A DNA stretch of 24,000 bases from Exiguobacterium flavidum. GTDB taxonomy: Bacteria > Bacillota > Bacilli > Exiguobacteriales > Exiguobacteriaceae. The DNA lies in NCBI RefSeq assembly GCF_003344535.1, contig NZ_QPKS01000006.1, positions 41,690-65,689 on the forward strand, in the 5' to 3' direction. Positions 1 through 9,573 of this stretch are shown here, in pieces. Under the pieces are notes generated by a model. That model ran no database searches. It had not been told where the DNA came from and saw nothing but the letters and a program-made list of their open reading frames with translations. Both the position numbers and the translations under genes were made by a program. Numbering within the stretch: the stretch's first letter is position 1; the number at the start of each line of letters is the position of its first letter.

Positions 1-445
1 ACATCCCTGTCTTCGAATGGAATTCGATCGTCCGGCCATTCGTCCCTCCGACATCTTCTGCGACGAGGGGGACGCGCACCGCGTGTAACGCTTCCTTGAC
101 TGCTTGTATGTTACGCTCGCCGATTCGCATCGACTCATGTTCGTATTTGAATTGAAACATCTGTGCACCGCCTGCGATCTTCGCCCGCAAGCGGACCGCC
201 CCCATCCTTTCGAGAGAGTCCTTCAACGCGACGATCGCCGTATCGGCGAACTTTCCGATCTCTTCTTTCTTATTCCGGCTGATCGCCGAATCCGGCAGCA
301 TGACGTGTGCCATTCCCGACAGTCCCCTTTCGAGATCGTACAGGACGACACCGACGCATGAACCGAGACCGGCCGTTCGGAGGACGACGGCTTCACGGCT
401 GACCGCCCACTCGGCGATGCCGATCCGAATCACTTCATTTTCCAT
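1..445 (-). CDS. cheD: Chemoreceptor glutamine deamidase CheD (3' end beyond window edge; about 148 codons visible)
   Basis: Not in the ORF track because it is open at the window edge. Manual minus-strand translation from the ATG at 443-445 gives MENEVIRIGIAEWAVSREAVVLRTAGLGSCVGVVLYDLERGLSGMAHVMLPDS...KIAGGAQMFQF...GERNIQAVKEAL...VAEDVGGTNGRTIEFHSKTGM with no stop down to position 1. The GLGSCVG and AHVMLP motifs are typical of the CheD family. It overlaps the cheC stop by 11 nt and follows cheC as in B. subtilis. Confidence 0.88.
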   Translation of the reverse strand, partial: MENEVIRIGIAEWAVSREAVVLRTAGLGSCVGVVLYDLERGLSGMAHVMLPDSAISRNKKEEIGKFADTAIVALKDSLERMGAVRLRAKIAGGAQMFQFKYEHESMRIGERNIQAVKEALHAVRVPLVAEDVGGTNGRTIEFHSKTGM

Positions 446-1046
446 TCGGATCCACACCCAATCGCTTGAACACCGGCGCGAAGGAATCCTCGTCAGGCAA
501 GAGAAGAAGATGTCCGTTCAACGCATCGCCGAGACTTGAGAGCCGTGTGTCGATGTATAATGCCATGTTACCAAATTTTGTTGAATTTAGTAATCCGATT
601 TCCAAAATTGCGCCGACCATGTCGAAAGCTGAGGCCGGTACGCTGACGTGGAGCGAAAGACCGAGCCAGTCCGAGATGGAGCGCGCATAGGCGCCAATCA
701 GAATATTGCCGATTTCCTCCCATGCTGAGACACCGAGCGAGTGCATCTCTCCGAAGAAACGGAATTGTTCACCGATCAATTGTCCGACGAGCCGTTCGGC
801 GTCCTCGAGCGGCATCAGGAACAAGAGCGTCGCTTCGACATCTCCCGTGAAGCGGAGCAACGCACCCGCCGTGTAGTTCTCCGCTCCGCCGAGCCGTTCG
901 AGAATCTTCTCGAAACCCTCGAGCTCTGCCGAAGGCACCTCGATATCGATCGGACGGCCGAGCAATGTGGAGAGTGCGGTCGCGGCATGTGCAGCTCCGA
1001 TGTTGCCAACTTCCTTGAAGACATCCTTTTCAAGGGGATCAAGCAT
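435..1046 (-). CDS. cheC: CheY-P phosphatase CheC
   Basis: ORF 435..1079. Both CheC-type motifs (D/S-x3-E-x2-N-x22-P) are present: DVFKEVGN-x22-P and SAWEEIGN-x22-P. Start reset to the ATG at 1046 (MLDPLEKDVFKEVGNIG), which has GAGGAAA upstream and overlaps the cheW stop by 8 nt. The 1079 start lies inside cheW. Confidence 0.85.
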   Translation of the reverse strand: MLDPLEKDVFKEVGNIGAAHAATALSTLLGRPIDIEVPSAELEGFEKILERLGGAENYTAGALLRFTGDVEATLLFLMPLEDAERLVGQLIGEQFRFFGEMHSLGVSAWEEIGNILIGAYARSISDWLGLSLHVSVPASAFDMVGAILEIGLLNSTKFGNMALYIDTRLSSLGDALNGHLLLLPDEDSFAPVFKRLGVDPNGK

Positions 1047-1467
1047 GTACGATTTCCTCGAACAGGCGATTCGGGTCAAGAAGTGAGAACAGCTCCTTCT
1101 CCCCTTTCGCGATAGCCGTCAAGTACGCATTTTCTGCATTTCCGCTCTCCGGGAGCGGCTCGATCCGGACATCCTGCGCCTCGATGACTTCATTCGCCCG
1201 ATCGACGATGAATCCAGCGTCTCCGTGCTCGAGCGTCGCGATGATGATTCGCGTCTCTTCCGTCTCCTCGAGTGTTTCGAAGCCAAGTCGCGTCCGGAGG
1301 TCGATCACGGGTGTGACGACCCCTCGCAGGTTGATGACGCCCTTTACATACGATGCGGCATTCGGAATTCGCGTGATCGGCTGAAGGCGTTCAATCGATC
1401 GCACGGATTGGACATCAAGTCCGTAAGCATTTTCTCCCAGTTGAAACACTACCCATTTCTGTTCCAT
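1039..1467 (-). CDS. cheW: Chemotaxis coupling protein CheW
   Basis: ORF 1039..1509. The protein (MEQKWVVFQLGENAYGLDVQSVRSIERLQPITRIPNAASYVKGVINLRGVVTPVIDLR) is a typical CheW domain. Start reset to the ATG at 1467, preceded by GAGGAGAAGGAA. The longer start overlaps the cheA 3' end. Confidence 0.88.
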   Translation of the reverse strand: MEQKWVVFQLGENAYGLDVQSVRSIERLQPITRIPNAASYVKGVINLRGVVTPVIDLRTRLGFETLEETEETRIIIATLEHGDAGFIVDRANEVIEAQDVRIEPLPESGNAENAYLTAIAKGEKELFSLLDPNRLFEEIVHA

Positions 1468-1477
1468 TTCCTTCTCC

Positions 1478-3457
1478 TCACTTCCGCAACAGCGCGTTGC
1501 TGTCGACAATTAGGGCGACACGTCCATCCCCTAGGATCGTCGCGCCCGAGATGGCGCGAATACCTTCAAGATAACTGCCGAGTGGTTTCATGACGATTTC
1601 TTGCTGACCGATCAGTTGCGAGACGACAAGCCCCGCCAGTCTGTCACCGCTTCTGACGACGACGACGGAGTATGCTTCACTTTCCGCACTCTCGAGGCCA
1701 TAGACGTCCGTCAGCCAAATCAACGGCACGAGCTGACCGCGGAAATCGAACACCTTCTCACGGTGTGCCTGCAGCACCGCTTCGTGTTTGAGCGACGTCG
1801 TCTCGATGATGGCAGTCAACGGGATGGCATACGTCTCATCCTGCAGCTGAACGAGCATCGCCGAGATGATCGAGAGCGTAAGCGGCAGACTGATCCGGAA
1901 GATCGTCCCTTCGCCAAGCTTCGTCTCGACGAACACTTCTCCACCGAGCGATTCGATCTTCGACTTGACGACGTCGAGTCCAACGCCGCGCCCTGAAAGA
2001 TCCGTCACGGTCTCTGCCGTAGAGAATCCAGGTGCGAACAGTAGCATCGACATCTCTTCCGGCGTCAGAAGTGCAGCGTCCTCTTGCGTCAAGATGCCCT
2101 TTTCAACGGCGATTCGAGTAACCTTCTCGTGATTGATGCCTGCCCCGTCGTCTTCGATTTCGATGAAGACACGGTTCCCTGCGTGATACGCACGAAGAGT
2201 CAAGTTCCCCTCTTCCTGTTTGCCTGCCTTCAAACGGTCCGCCTTGCTCTCGATTCCATGATCGACTGCGTTGCGGATCAGGTGGACGAGCGGATCCCCA
2301 ATCTCGTCGATGACGGTCCGGTCAAGCTCCGTCTCAGCCCCCGTGATGTGAAGCTTGATGTTCTTGCCGACGTCCTTCGCGACGGATCGGACCATCCGCG
2401 GGAAGCGATTGAACACCTGCTCGATCGGCATCATCCGTAGCGTCAGGACGAGTGATTGCAGTTCGTTCGTACCGCGTTTGATGCGCTCGACGGTCTCCGT
2501 CAATTCAGGAGACTCGACGTCACCTGCGATTCGTTCAAGTCTGCCGCGGTCGATGATGAACTCCTCGAACAGGTTCATCAAACGGTCGATACGCTCCAAA
2601 TTGACGCGAATCGTCTTCGCTGCAGCGACCGGTCCTTGTTCCGTTTCTTCCTTCGCAGCCGGAGAGACGGGGCTGACTTCGGGAATCGCAGTGACGGCCA
2701 CCTCGGCTGAGACCTCAGGCGCATAATCCGCCACGGTCACCGCCGCGACTTCCGAAACGGCTCCGATGCTCTTCTCGACTTCTTCTGCCGTGTTCGTCGT
2801 CACGAAGAGGACACGGAAGCTCGTCTCGAACTGTTCCTGTTCGAGCTCGTCCGAAGTCGGATCGGACAAGATGACATCTCCGAGCGACTGCAGCCGTTCG
2901 AAAACCATGAACACGCGCGCAGCCTTGAGGATGACATCCTCAGACAGGGCGACATCGATGACGAAGACGTTGTACCCTGAAGCGAGTGACTGCTTGACGA
3001 CAGACTCCGAGTAGACGTCACATTTGAATGTCGATGACGGATTTGCAGTCGATGCCTTCTTCACTTCCGTCTCCTCTGAAGTGTTCGAGAACTGCTTCAG
3101 GCGGGCGACCGTCTCCGAGACGTCACGCTTTCCTTTTCCGCCATTCGCGATATCATCGACCATCGCTTCGATCTGTTCTGCTGCGACGAACAGCGTATCG
3201 ATCAGTTCAGGTGTCGCCGGCTGGCGTTTAGAGCGGACGAGGTCGAGAGCGCTCTCCATCTCGTGTGTCAAATCGGCGATGCCGTCAAAGCCCATCGTGC
3301 CGGCCATCCCTTTCAATGTGTGGGCGGAACGGAAAATCTGATCGATCACTCCTTCGTCATCCAACTTCTGTTCGAATTTCAAAAGGCTCGAGTTGATCGC
3401 TTGCAAATGCTCGATCGACTCGTCGAGAAACAGGCCTAAATATTCATTTAAATCCAT
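1478..3457 (-). CDS. cheA: Chemotaxis histidine kinase CheA
   Basis: 659 aa. Has an Hpt P1 domain with the phospho-His motif SAHTLKGMAGTMGF, an HATPase region (DDGAGI, GRGVGLD) and a C-terminal CheW-like P5 domain. AAAGGGGA SD lies 8 nt upstream of the ATG. Confidence 0.96.
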   Translation of the reverse strand: MDLNEYLGLFLDESIEHLQAINSSLLKFEQKLDDEGVIDQIFRSAHTLKGMAGTMGFDGIADLTHEMESALDLVRSKRQPATPELIDTLFVAAEQIEAMVDDIANGGKGKRDVSETVARLKQFSNTSEETEVKKASTANPSSTFKCDVYSESVVKQSLASGYNVFVIDVALSEDVILKAARVFMVFERLQSLGDVILSDPTSDELEQEQFETSFRVLFVTTNTAEEVEKSIGAVSEVAAVTVADYAPEVSAEVAVTAIPEVSPVSPAAKEETEQGPVAAAKTIRVNLERIDRLMNLFEEFIIDRGRLERIAGDVESPELTETVERIKRGTNELQSLVLTLRMMPIEQVFNRFPRMVRSVAKDVGKNIKLHITGAETELDRTVIDEIGDPLVHLIRNAVDHGIESKADRLKAGKQEEGNLTLRAYHAGNRVFIEIEDDGAGINHEKVTRIAVEKGILTQEDAALLTPEEMSMLLFAPGFSTAETVTDLSGRGVGLDVVKSKIESLGGEVFVETKLGEGTIFRISLPLTLSIISAMLVQLQDETYAIPLTAIIETTSLKHEAVLQAHREKVFDFRGQLVPLIWLTDVYGLESAESEAYSVVVVRSGDRLAGLVVSQLIGQQEIVMKPLGSYLEGIRAISGATILGDGRVALIVDSNALLRK

Positions 3458-3477
3458 GGACGAGGTCCCCTTTCATA

Positions 3478-4329
3478 TTAGCGAGTACTGCTCGTCCGCC
3501 GTTTGAAACGGCTGACGAGACGATCCAGGAAATTACGTTCCTGAATCGGGACGCCGGTAAGTGTCGTCGTGATGCGATCGAGTCGCCAGCTGACGTCGCT
3601 GTTCCGGTCGAATAAATAAAATGGCTGCTGCGCCTTCACGGCGCGGGTGACGACCGGATCATCCGGGAGAAACCCGATGAATCGAAGTGATTGTTCGAGA
3701 AACTTCGTGCTGACGAGCTCGAGCCGCTCGAACGTCTCGGTCGCCTCCTCCCCGTTCACCGCACGGTTGACTAGGACGGCGATCGGCAAATCATTCGCAT
3801 GCCGATTCGCCAGTTTGACGAAGGCATAGCCGTCCATGATGGAGGTCGGCTCAGGTGTGACGATGAGCCATGCCTCGTCGGCACTGCTGATGAAATCGAA
3901 CGTATGGTCATTCGCGCCTGCCCCGAGATCGAGCAGGACGAAGTCATATTCATAGAAGAAACGCATCTCGCTCATCATGAACGTCATATCGTCTTCAGAG
4001 AAGGACACCAGTTCCGTGAATCCGCTCCCTCCATGGATGAAGTGAAGCTGGTTCGAGACTTCCGTGATTGCTGCTGACAGGGGGGTGCGTTCCTTGACGC
4101 AGTCCATCAGGGAACGTCTCGCGCTCTCTCCGAGAACTACCCCGACGTTCGCCATCCCGATGTCGAGATCGACGATGAGCACCCGCTTTTGTTGAAGGGA
4201 TAGGGCGATTGCCAGATTGACTGCGACGTTCGTCTTTCCGACGCCGCCCTTTCCACTGACGATCGCGATCGTCTTCGTCTGTTTCATCGAAACCTTCGAC
4301 CGAAGTTGCCTTGCTTGATCCGACATCAT
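3478..4329 (-). CDS. flhG: MinD/ParA-type flagellar number and placement ATPase FlhG (YlxH)
   Basis: ORF 3478..4386. Deviant Walker A motif IVSGKGGVGKTN and a basic C-terminal tail. Start reset to the ATGATG at 4329/4326, which overlaps the flhF TGA (ATGA coupling). The upstream 19 codons lie inside flhF. Confidence 0.85.
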   Translation of the reverse strand: MMSDQARQLRSKVSMKQTKTIAIVSGKGGVGKTNVAVNLAIALSLQQKRVLIVDLDIGMANVGVVLGESARRSLMDCVKERTPLSAAITEVSNQLHFIHGGSGFTELVSFSEDDMTFMMSEMRFFYEYDFVLLDLGAGANDHTFDFISSADEAWLIVTPEPTSIMDGYAFVKLANRHANDLPIAVLVNRAVNGEEATETFERLELVSTKFLEQSLRFIGFLPDDPVVTRAVKAQQPFYLFDRNSDVSWRLDRITTTLTGVPIQERNFLDRLVSRFKRRTSSTR

Positions 4330-5390
4330 CGCAGCCCTTCTTTCTCGATGATCATCGAGGCAAGCCGTTCGGCATCCGGCTGACACAAGTCCTCCGGTAC
4401 TTCCTGTCCTGTCGTCAGCCAGGCGACAGGAAGGTCGGTCTTATCCGTCATGCCGAAGATCGTCAGAAGATCGCTCGTCTCGTCCGCCTTCGTATAGATT
4501 AATCCCGCAAGCGGTAAGTGACGGAATTGAGCGAAAATTTTCTCGATGTCCTTGAATTTAGCTGTCAGGCTGAGCACGAGCAAGAGGCTGGTGTCGGAGA
4601 AGTCATGACGTCTTTCGAGTTGTCTGACATACCCTGCGTCACGGAAATTTCTCCCTGCCGTATCGACGAGAATGACATCGCAATCCTGTAAGCGCACCTT
4701 CGCCGCCTCGAATTCCGCTGCATCATAGGCTACCTCGAGCGGTAGCGATAAGATTTCGGCATAGGTCCGTAACTGCTCGACCGCTGCGATCCGGTATGTA
4801 TCCGTCGTGATCAGGCCGACTTTCATCCCTTTGTTCAACTGGTAATCCGCGGCAAGTTTCGCGATCGTCGTCGTCTTTCCGACGCCGGTCGGACCGACCA
4901 GCATGATAAAGCGGCTTTCAGGCGTCTCAACCTTGAGATCACGCACGATCCGGCTTCTGAGTGCCTCAACGGCGCCGGCCGTGTCGTTCGTCCGGTAGTA
5001 GCTCGAGAGGATCAATTCGCTCAACTCTTCAGCCATGGAGCTCACGCTCGGCTCAAGAAGAAGCTGTTCATAGGCGATCAACGGCTCAGGCAGCCTCGGC
5101 ATCGTCGTCATGACGACTTTCGCTTCCTGCTCATCCGGGCGAATCCGGGCAGGTTCCTGCACGGTACGGACAGGGTTTTCAGTTGTTTTCGAGACAAGCG
5201 TCGCCGCTTGCTCTTTCTTGTTTTCTTCGAGTGTCGCGACGAGCTCGACTTTCTTCTGCTGGAAGAAACCGAACAACCCTCCGACTTTTATGTTTCGCGT
5301 GTTCAAGATGACTGCGTCCTCTCCGAGTTCCCGCTTCACACGCTCCATCGCTTCACCCATCGTATCCGCAACGATTTTCTTTACCATCAT
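4326..5390 (-). CDS. flhF: SRP-like flagellar GTPase FlhF
   Basis: 354 aa. GTPase motifs GPTGVGKTTT, DTAGR and TKADE. Sits between flhA and flhG. Confidence 0.92.
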   Translation of the reverse strand: MMVKKIVADTMGEAMERVKRELGEDAVILNTRNIKVGGLFGFFQQKKVELVATLEENKKEQAATLVSKTTENPVRTVQEPARIRPDEQEAKVVMTTMPRLPEPLIAYEQLLLEPSVSSMAEELSELILSSYYRTNDTAGAVEALRSRIVRDLKVETPESRFIMLVGPTGVGKTTTIAKLAADYQLNKGMKVGLITTDTYRIAAVEQLRTYAEILSLPLEVAYDAAEFEAAKVRLQDCDVILVDTAGRNFRDAGYVRQLERRHDFSDTSLLLVLSLTAKFKDIEKIFAQFRHLPLAGLIYTKADETSDLLTIFGMTDKTDLPVAWLTTGQEVPEDLCQPDAERLASMIIEKEGLR

Positions 5391-5391
5391 C

Positions 5392-7416
5392 TTAAATCAC
5401 CCCAATACTTTTTACTTCAATCGTCGGAATCAGCTCGTTGTAGGACAGGATCGGCACATCCGGGAAATAACGCTCCGTCAACTGGCGGACGAACATCCGT
5501 ATGCTCGGTGATGTCAAGACGACCGGCTGCGCGCCGTAACGGTCAAACTCGGCTGTCAACTGATTGAATGATTCCACGAACTGAGTCGCCTTCTCAGGGT
5601 CAAGCGCCAAGTAGTTTCCGAACTCGGTCTTTTGGATGCTTGCCTGAATATCCTGCTCCATCTCGCTCGAGACGGTGACGACATGCAGCGTATCGCTTTG
5701 CATGACTTGTTCCGTGATTTGGCGTGAGAGTGACTGACGAACATACTCTGCGAGCAATTCCGCATCCTTCGTCACGGTACCGTAATCCGCGAGCGTCTCG
5801 AAGATGAGCGGCAAATTGCGGATCGAGACTTTTTCCTTCAACAGCTGGACGAAGACTTTTTGGAGTTCGCCGATCGAGAGAAGACCTGGTGTCACTTCGT
5901 CGACAAGAATCGGATGCGTCTCCTTCAGGTGATCGACGAGCTGTTTCGTCTCTTCCCGTCCGAGAAGCTCTGAAGCATGACGCTTCAGGAGTTCGGTCAG
6001 ATGGGTGGCGACTACCGATGGCGGGTCGACGACGGTATACCCTGACATCTCAGCCCGGCTGCGCGTCCGTTCGTCGATCCAAAGTGCCGGCATGCCAAAC
6101 GCCGGTTCTACCGTCTCGATTCCTTGAATTTCAGGGTCGTCCACCCCCGGGCTCATCGCCAGGTAGTGGTCGAGCAGTAGTTCTCCTCCCGCCATCTCGC
6201 TGCCGCGAATCTTGATGCGGTAACGGTTAGGTGGCAATTGGAGATGGTCCCGGATCCGGACGGTCGGCAGGACGAACCCCAGTTCGAGCGCGAGCTGCCT
6301 TCTGATCATGACGACCCGGTCGAGCAGGTCACCGCCCTGTGCTTCGTCAGCGAGCGGAATCAAGCCGTAACCGAACTCGAATTCGATCGTATCGACGTTG
6401 AGAAGCGAGACGACTGATTCGGAGGAGCGCAGGCTCGCTGTCGTTTCCTCCGTGACAGGTTCTTCCGGGACGACGTTTTTAGTCGCCTTGCGCATTTGCC
6501 ATGCACCGAATCCGGCAAGCAAAGCAAGCGGGATCGTGACGAAATCAGGAATCGGCGTGAACAACCCGAGCAGGAAGATCGCACCCGCCGCAATCATGAC
6601 AAGGATCGGATTTTGACCCAACTGGTTGATGATGTCTTCCCCAAGATTTCCTTCCGAAGCCGAGCGTGTGACGATGATACCGGTCGCGACCGAAATGAGG
6701 AGCGCCGGGATTTGACTGACCAGACCGTCACCTACAGTCAGGAGTGTGTACATCTGTACGGATTCACCGACCGGCAATCCTTGCTGGACGACGCCGATGA
6801 TCATCCCGAAGATCAGGTTGATGATGACGATGATGATGCCCGCGATGGCATCTCCTTTGACGAACTTCGATGCACCGTCCATCGCTCCGTAAAAGTCAGC
6901 CTCGGATTGGATTTTCTGACGACGTGTCCGTGCCTGCAGCTCGTCGATCATGCCTGAGTTGAGGTCGGCATCGATCGCCATCTGCTTACCCGGCATCGCG
7001 TCGAGCGTAAAACGAGCCGAGACTTCCGATACCCGTTCCGAACCCTTCGTGATGACGATGAACTGGATCAGGACGAGAATCAGGAAGACGACGAAGCCGA
7101 CGAGCGCATTGCCCCCTACGACGAAGTTGCCGAACGCCTCGATGACCTGTCCGCCGTGACCGGTCGAAAGGATCGAACGCGTCGTCGAGACGTTCAGTCC
7201 GAGACGGAACAACGTCACGATCAGTAGCAGTGATGGAAACACCGAGAACTCAAGCGCTTCCTTCGCATTCATCGCGACGAGCAGGACGACGAGTGCGATC
7301 AGAATGTTGATGATGATCAGGAAGTCGAGTGCGAATCCAGGCAGCGGAATGACCAGCATGACGACGATCATGATGACTCCTAGCAGTACGGATAGGTCTT
7401 TAGTTGAAATTGTCAT
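5392..7416 (-). CDS. flhA: Flagellar type III export gate protein FlhA
   Basis: 674 aa. Multi-pass TM N-terminal domain with FHIPEP-like conserved segments (GAMDGASKFVKGDAIAG) and a large cytoplasmic C-terminal domain. The ATG overlaps the flhB stop (ATGA). Confidence 0.96.
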   Translation of the reverse strand: MTISTKDLSVLLGVIMIVVMLVIPLPGFALDFLIIINILIALVVLLVAMNAKEALEFSVFPSLLLIVTLFRLGLNVSTTRSILSTGHGGQVIEAFGNFVVGGNALVGFVVFLILVLIQFIVITKGSERVSEVSARFTLDAMPGKQMAIDADLNSGMIDELQARTRRQKIQSEADFYGAMDGASKFVKGDAIAGIIIVIINLIFGMIIGVVQQGLPVGESVQMYTLLTVGDGLVSQIPALLISVATGIIVTRSASEGNLGEDIINQLGQNPILVMIAAGAIFLLGLFTPIPDFVTIPLALLAGFGAWQMRKATKNVVPEEPVTEETTASLRSSESVVSLLNVDTIEFEFGYGLIPLADEAQGGDLLDRVVMIRRQLALELGFVLPTVRIRDHLQLPPNRYRIKIRGSEMAGGELLLDHYLAMSPGVDDPEIQGIETVEPAFGMPALWIDERTRSRAEMSGYTVVDPPSVVATHLTELLKRHASELLGREETKQLVDHLKETHPILVDEVTPGLLSIGELQKVFVQLLKEKVSIRNLPLIFETLADYGTVTKDAELLAEYVRQSLSRQITEQVMQSDTLHVVTVSSEMEQDIQASIQKTEFGNYLALDPEKATQFVESFNQLTAEFDRYGAQPVVLTSPSIRMFVRQLTERYFPDVPILSYNELIPTIEVKSIGVI

Positions 7417-8522
7417 GTTGCTTCATTCCTCTCTTGCGATTGTTTCATTTGATAGACGAAGGCGAGTGTCTCCGCGAGTGCTTGATAGAATTCCTCTTCT
7501 ACAGCCATCCCGATCTCGACTTGCGCGTATAGAGCGCGGGCGAGCGGACGATTCTCGACGAGAGGCACCCCGGATTCGGTCGCCTTCTCCCGGATTCGGA
7601 ATGCTACGGCGTCGACTCCTTTTGCCACGACGACAGGTGCAGCGTGCCTTCCGTCGTCATACTTGATCGCGACTGCATAATGGGTCGGGTTCGTTATGAC
7701 GACGTCTGCGTTCGGAATTTCCTGCATCATCCGCCGCATCGCCATCTCCCGTTGTTGTTGCTTGATTTTCCCCTTGATTTGAGGGTCACCTTCTGTGTTC
7801 TTGTGCTCGTCCTTCAAGTCTTGTTTACTCATCCGGATCGATTTTTCGAAATCGAACCGTTGATAGGCGAAGTCGAAGACTGCGAGCATCAAGAGCGCGA
7901 TACTGACGGACAGCCCGAGTTGGAAGGTCAGTTGGCCGATGATGGCTAACGCCCCGCCAATCGGCTCCGTCGTCAAACGCGAGATTTCAACCTTGTTGTT
8001 CCAAAGGATGATGCCGCTTGTCGCGCCGATGATCAGGAGTTTGAAGACTGACTTCAGGAACTCGACGAGTGCCTTCATGCTGACGATCCGCTTGATTCCC
8101 TGAAGAGGGTTGATGCGGTCGAGCTTCGGCTGGATCGCTTCTCCGGATAAAAGCACCCCGATCTGAATGAAGTTTCCGATGACTCCGACAAGAAGTGCCG
8201 TCAGGAAGAATGGAGAGACGAGTATCCCCATCTCGATCATCATCTCGATCATCACCTCTTCGACCTTTCCTTCCTCTACGGATACCAGTACCGCTTGCGG
8301 ACTGAGGCCGTTTGTCAAAAGATCGACGAACCTTTTCCCGAGCATCGGCCCGAAAGCGAGCAGGACGAGGAACATGGCGAGCAGCATGAGCCCGCTCGTC
8401 ACGTCCGCAGATTTTGCGACCTGCCCCTTTTTCCTTGTATCCTCCCGCTTTCGTGGTGTTGCTTTTTCAGTCTTTTCTCCAGCGAAGAACTGGAGGTCAA
8501 GACGTAATGCGAATTTAGTCAT
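7413..8522 (-). CDS. flhB: Flagellar export switch protein FlhB
   Basis: 369 aa. N-terminal LDLQFFAGEKTEKATPRKRED, four TM segments, and the autocleavage motif NPTH (VVITNPTHYAVAIKY). AGGAGG SD upstream. Confidence 0.96.
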   Translation of the reverse strand: MTKFALRLDLQFFAGEKTEKATPRKREDTRKKGQVAKSADVTSGLMLLAMFLVLLAFGPMLGKRFVDLLTNGLSPQAVLVSVEEGKVEEVMIEMMIEMGILVSPFFLTALLVGVIGNFIQIGVLLSGEAIQPKLDRINPLQGIKRIVSMKALVEFLKSVFKLLIIGATSGIILWNNKVEISRLTTEPIGGALAIIGQLTFQLGLSVSIALLMLAVFDFAYQRFDFEKSIRMSKQDLKDEHKNTEGDPQIKGKIKQQQREMAMRRMMQEIPNADVVITNPTHYAVAIKYDDGRHAAPVVVAKGVDAVAFRIREKATESGVPLVENRPLARALYAQVEIGMAVEEEFYQALAETLAFVYQMKQSQERNEAT

Positions 8523-8525
8523 CTC

Positions 8526-9293
8526 TTATCCTCCTAACAGCTGAATCGCATCCGCGAGCGCATGCTGGAGGAGCGGAACGAAACGTGAAATCGCCGTGAT
8601 GGTCGCTCCGGCGAGCAAAAACAGCAGACCGTATCCAATCAGTAGCTTGACCGAGAAACCGATGGCGAATATGTTGAACTGCGGTGCGGTCTTCGCGAGA
8701 AAACCGAGAGCGAGATCGACAAGAAACAAGGAGACGACGAGCGGAAGCGCCATTTGAAGCGCCGTCAGCATCGCAAGCCCGATGATCTTGACGACGAGAC
8801 TCATCCCGGCCTCACCCGATATCGAGAGCGCCTCGCCTGGCGGGAACACGAGAAAACTCGTGTAGATCCCGTCGAGCAGAATAAGGTGCATGTCAGAGGC
8901 GAGCAGGACGAGCAACGTCAACATGTAGTAGAAGCGACCGACGATCGGCGATTGTCCGCCGAACATCGGGTCATACGCCGACGCCATCGCGAGACCCATC
9001 TGCAAGTCGATGATCGACCCTGCGATTTGAGGCGCATATAGGAGCAGACTCGCGATCAGTCCGAGCGCGAGACCGACGATGACCTCTGTCCCCATCCGGA
9101 AGTAGAAATCGGCATCTGTCACGTGGACCGCCGTCTTCACCGTATAACTCGAGAAGTAGGCGAGCGCTGCCGCGATGGCCAGCTTATGCTGAGCGGGAAG
9201 CTGTTTTGATGAGAACAGCGGTGCTGCTACGAAGAAGCCGACCGTCCTGCCGAAAACAAGCAAAAAGACGCTGACGAAGGAAAGCAGGTTCAT
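8526..9293 (-). CDS. fliR: Flagellar export apparatus protein FliR
   Basis: 255 aa polytopic membrane protein in the fliQ-fliR-flhB position. The ATG overlaps the fliQ TGA. Confidence 0.9.
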   Translation of the reverse strand: MNLLSFVSVFLLVFGRTVGFFVAAPLFSSKQLPAQHKLAIAAALAYFSSYTVKTAVHVTDADFYFRMGTEVIVGLALGLIASLLLYAPQIAGSIIDLQMGLAMASAYDPMFGGQSPIVGRFYYMLTLLVLLASDMHLILLDGIYTSFLVFPPGEALSISGEAGMSLVVKIIGLAMLTALQMALPLVVSLFLVDLALGFLAKTAPQFNIFAIGFSVKLLIGYGLLFLLAGATITAISRFVPLLQHALADAIQLLGG

Positions 9294-9562
9294 TTCCTTG
9301 AGACCTCGACGATTTGCTCAAAGATTTGCAGCGTGAACGTCTCGAGCTCCTGCATGATCCACGGACCGAAGAAGATGAGCGAAAGAAATACTGCGACGAT
9401 CTTCGGGACGAAAGACAATGTTTGTTCCTGGATTTGTGTCGTCGCCTGCAGGATGCTGACGAGGAGACCGACGACGAGCGAGACGAGCAAGAGCGGTGCC
9501 GAGACCTTGAGCAGCGTCCAGACAGCCGAACTCGCGAGTTGTATGATCATTTCTTGCGTCAT
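9290..9562 (-). CDS. fliQ: Flagellar export apparatus protein FliQ
   Basis: ORF 9290..9616. Start reset to the ATG at 9562 (MTQEMIIQLASSAVWTLLKVSAPLL), giving 90 aa with AGGAGG 7 nt upstream. The longer form starts inside fliP. Confidence 0.9.
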   Translation of the reverse strand: MTQEMIIQLASSAVWTLLKVSAPLLLVSLVVGLLVSILQATTQIQEQTLSFVPKIVAVFLSLIFFGPWIMQELETFTLQIFEQIVEVSRK

Positions 9563-9573
9563 CGTGATTCCTC

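Noticed and set aside
104-539. Plus-strand ORFs 104-361 and 300-539 are the only track entries covering the first 430 nt.
   Set aside because: The minus strand carries a clean CheD reading frame from 445 to the window edge, missing from the track only because it is open-ended. The plus-strand ORFs are its antisense shadows.
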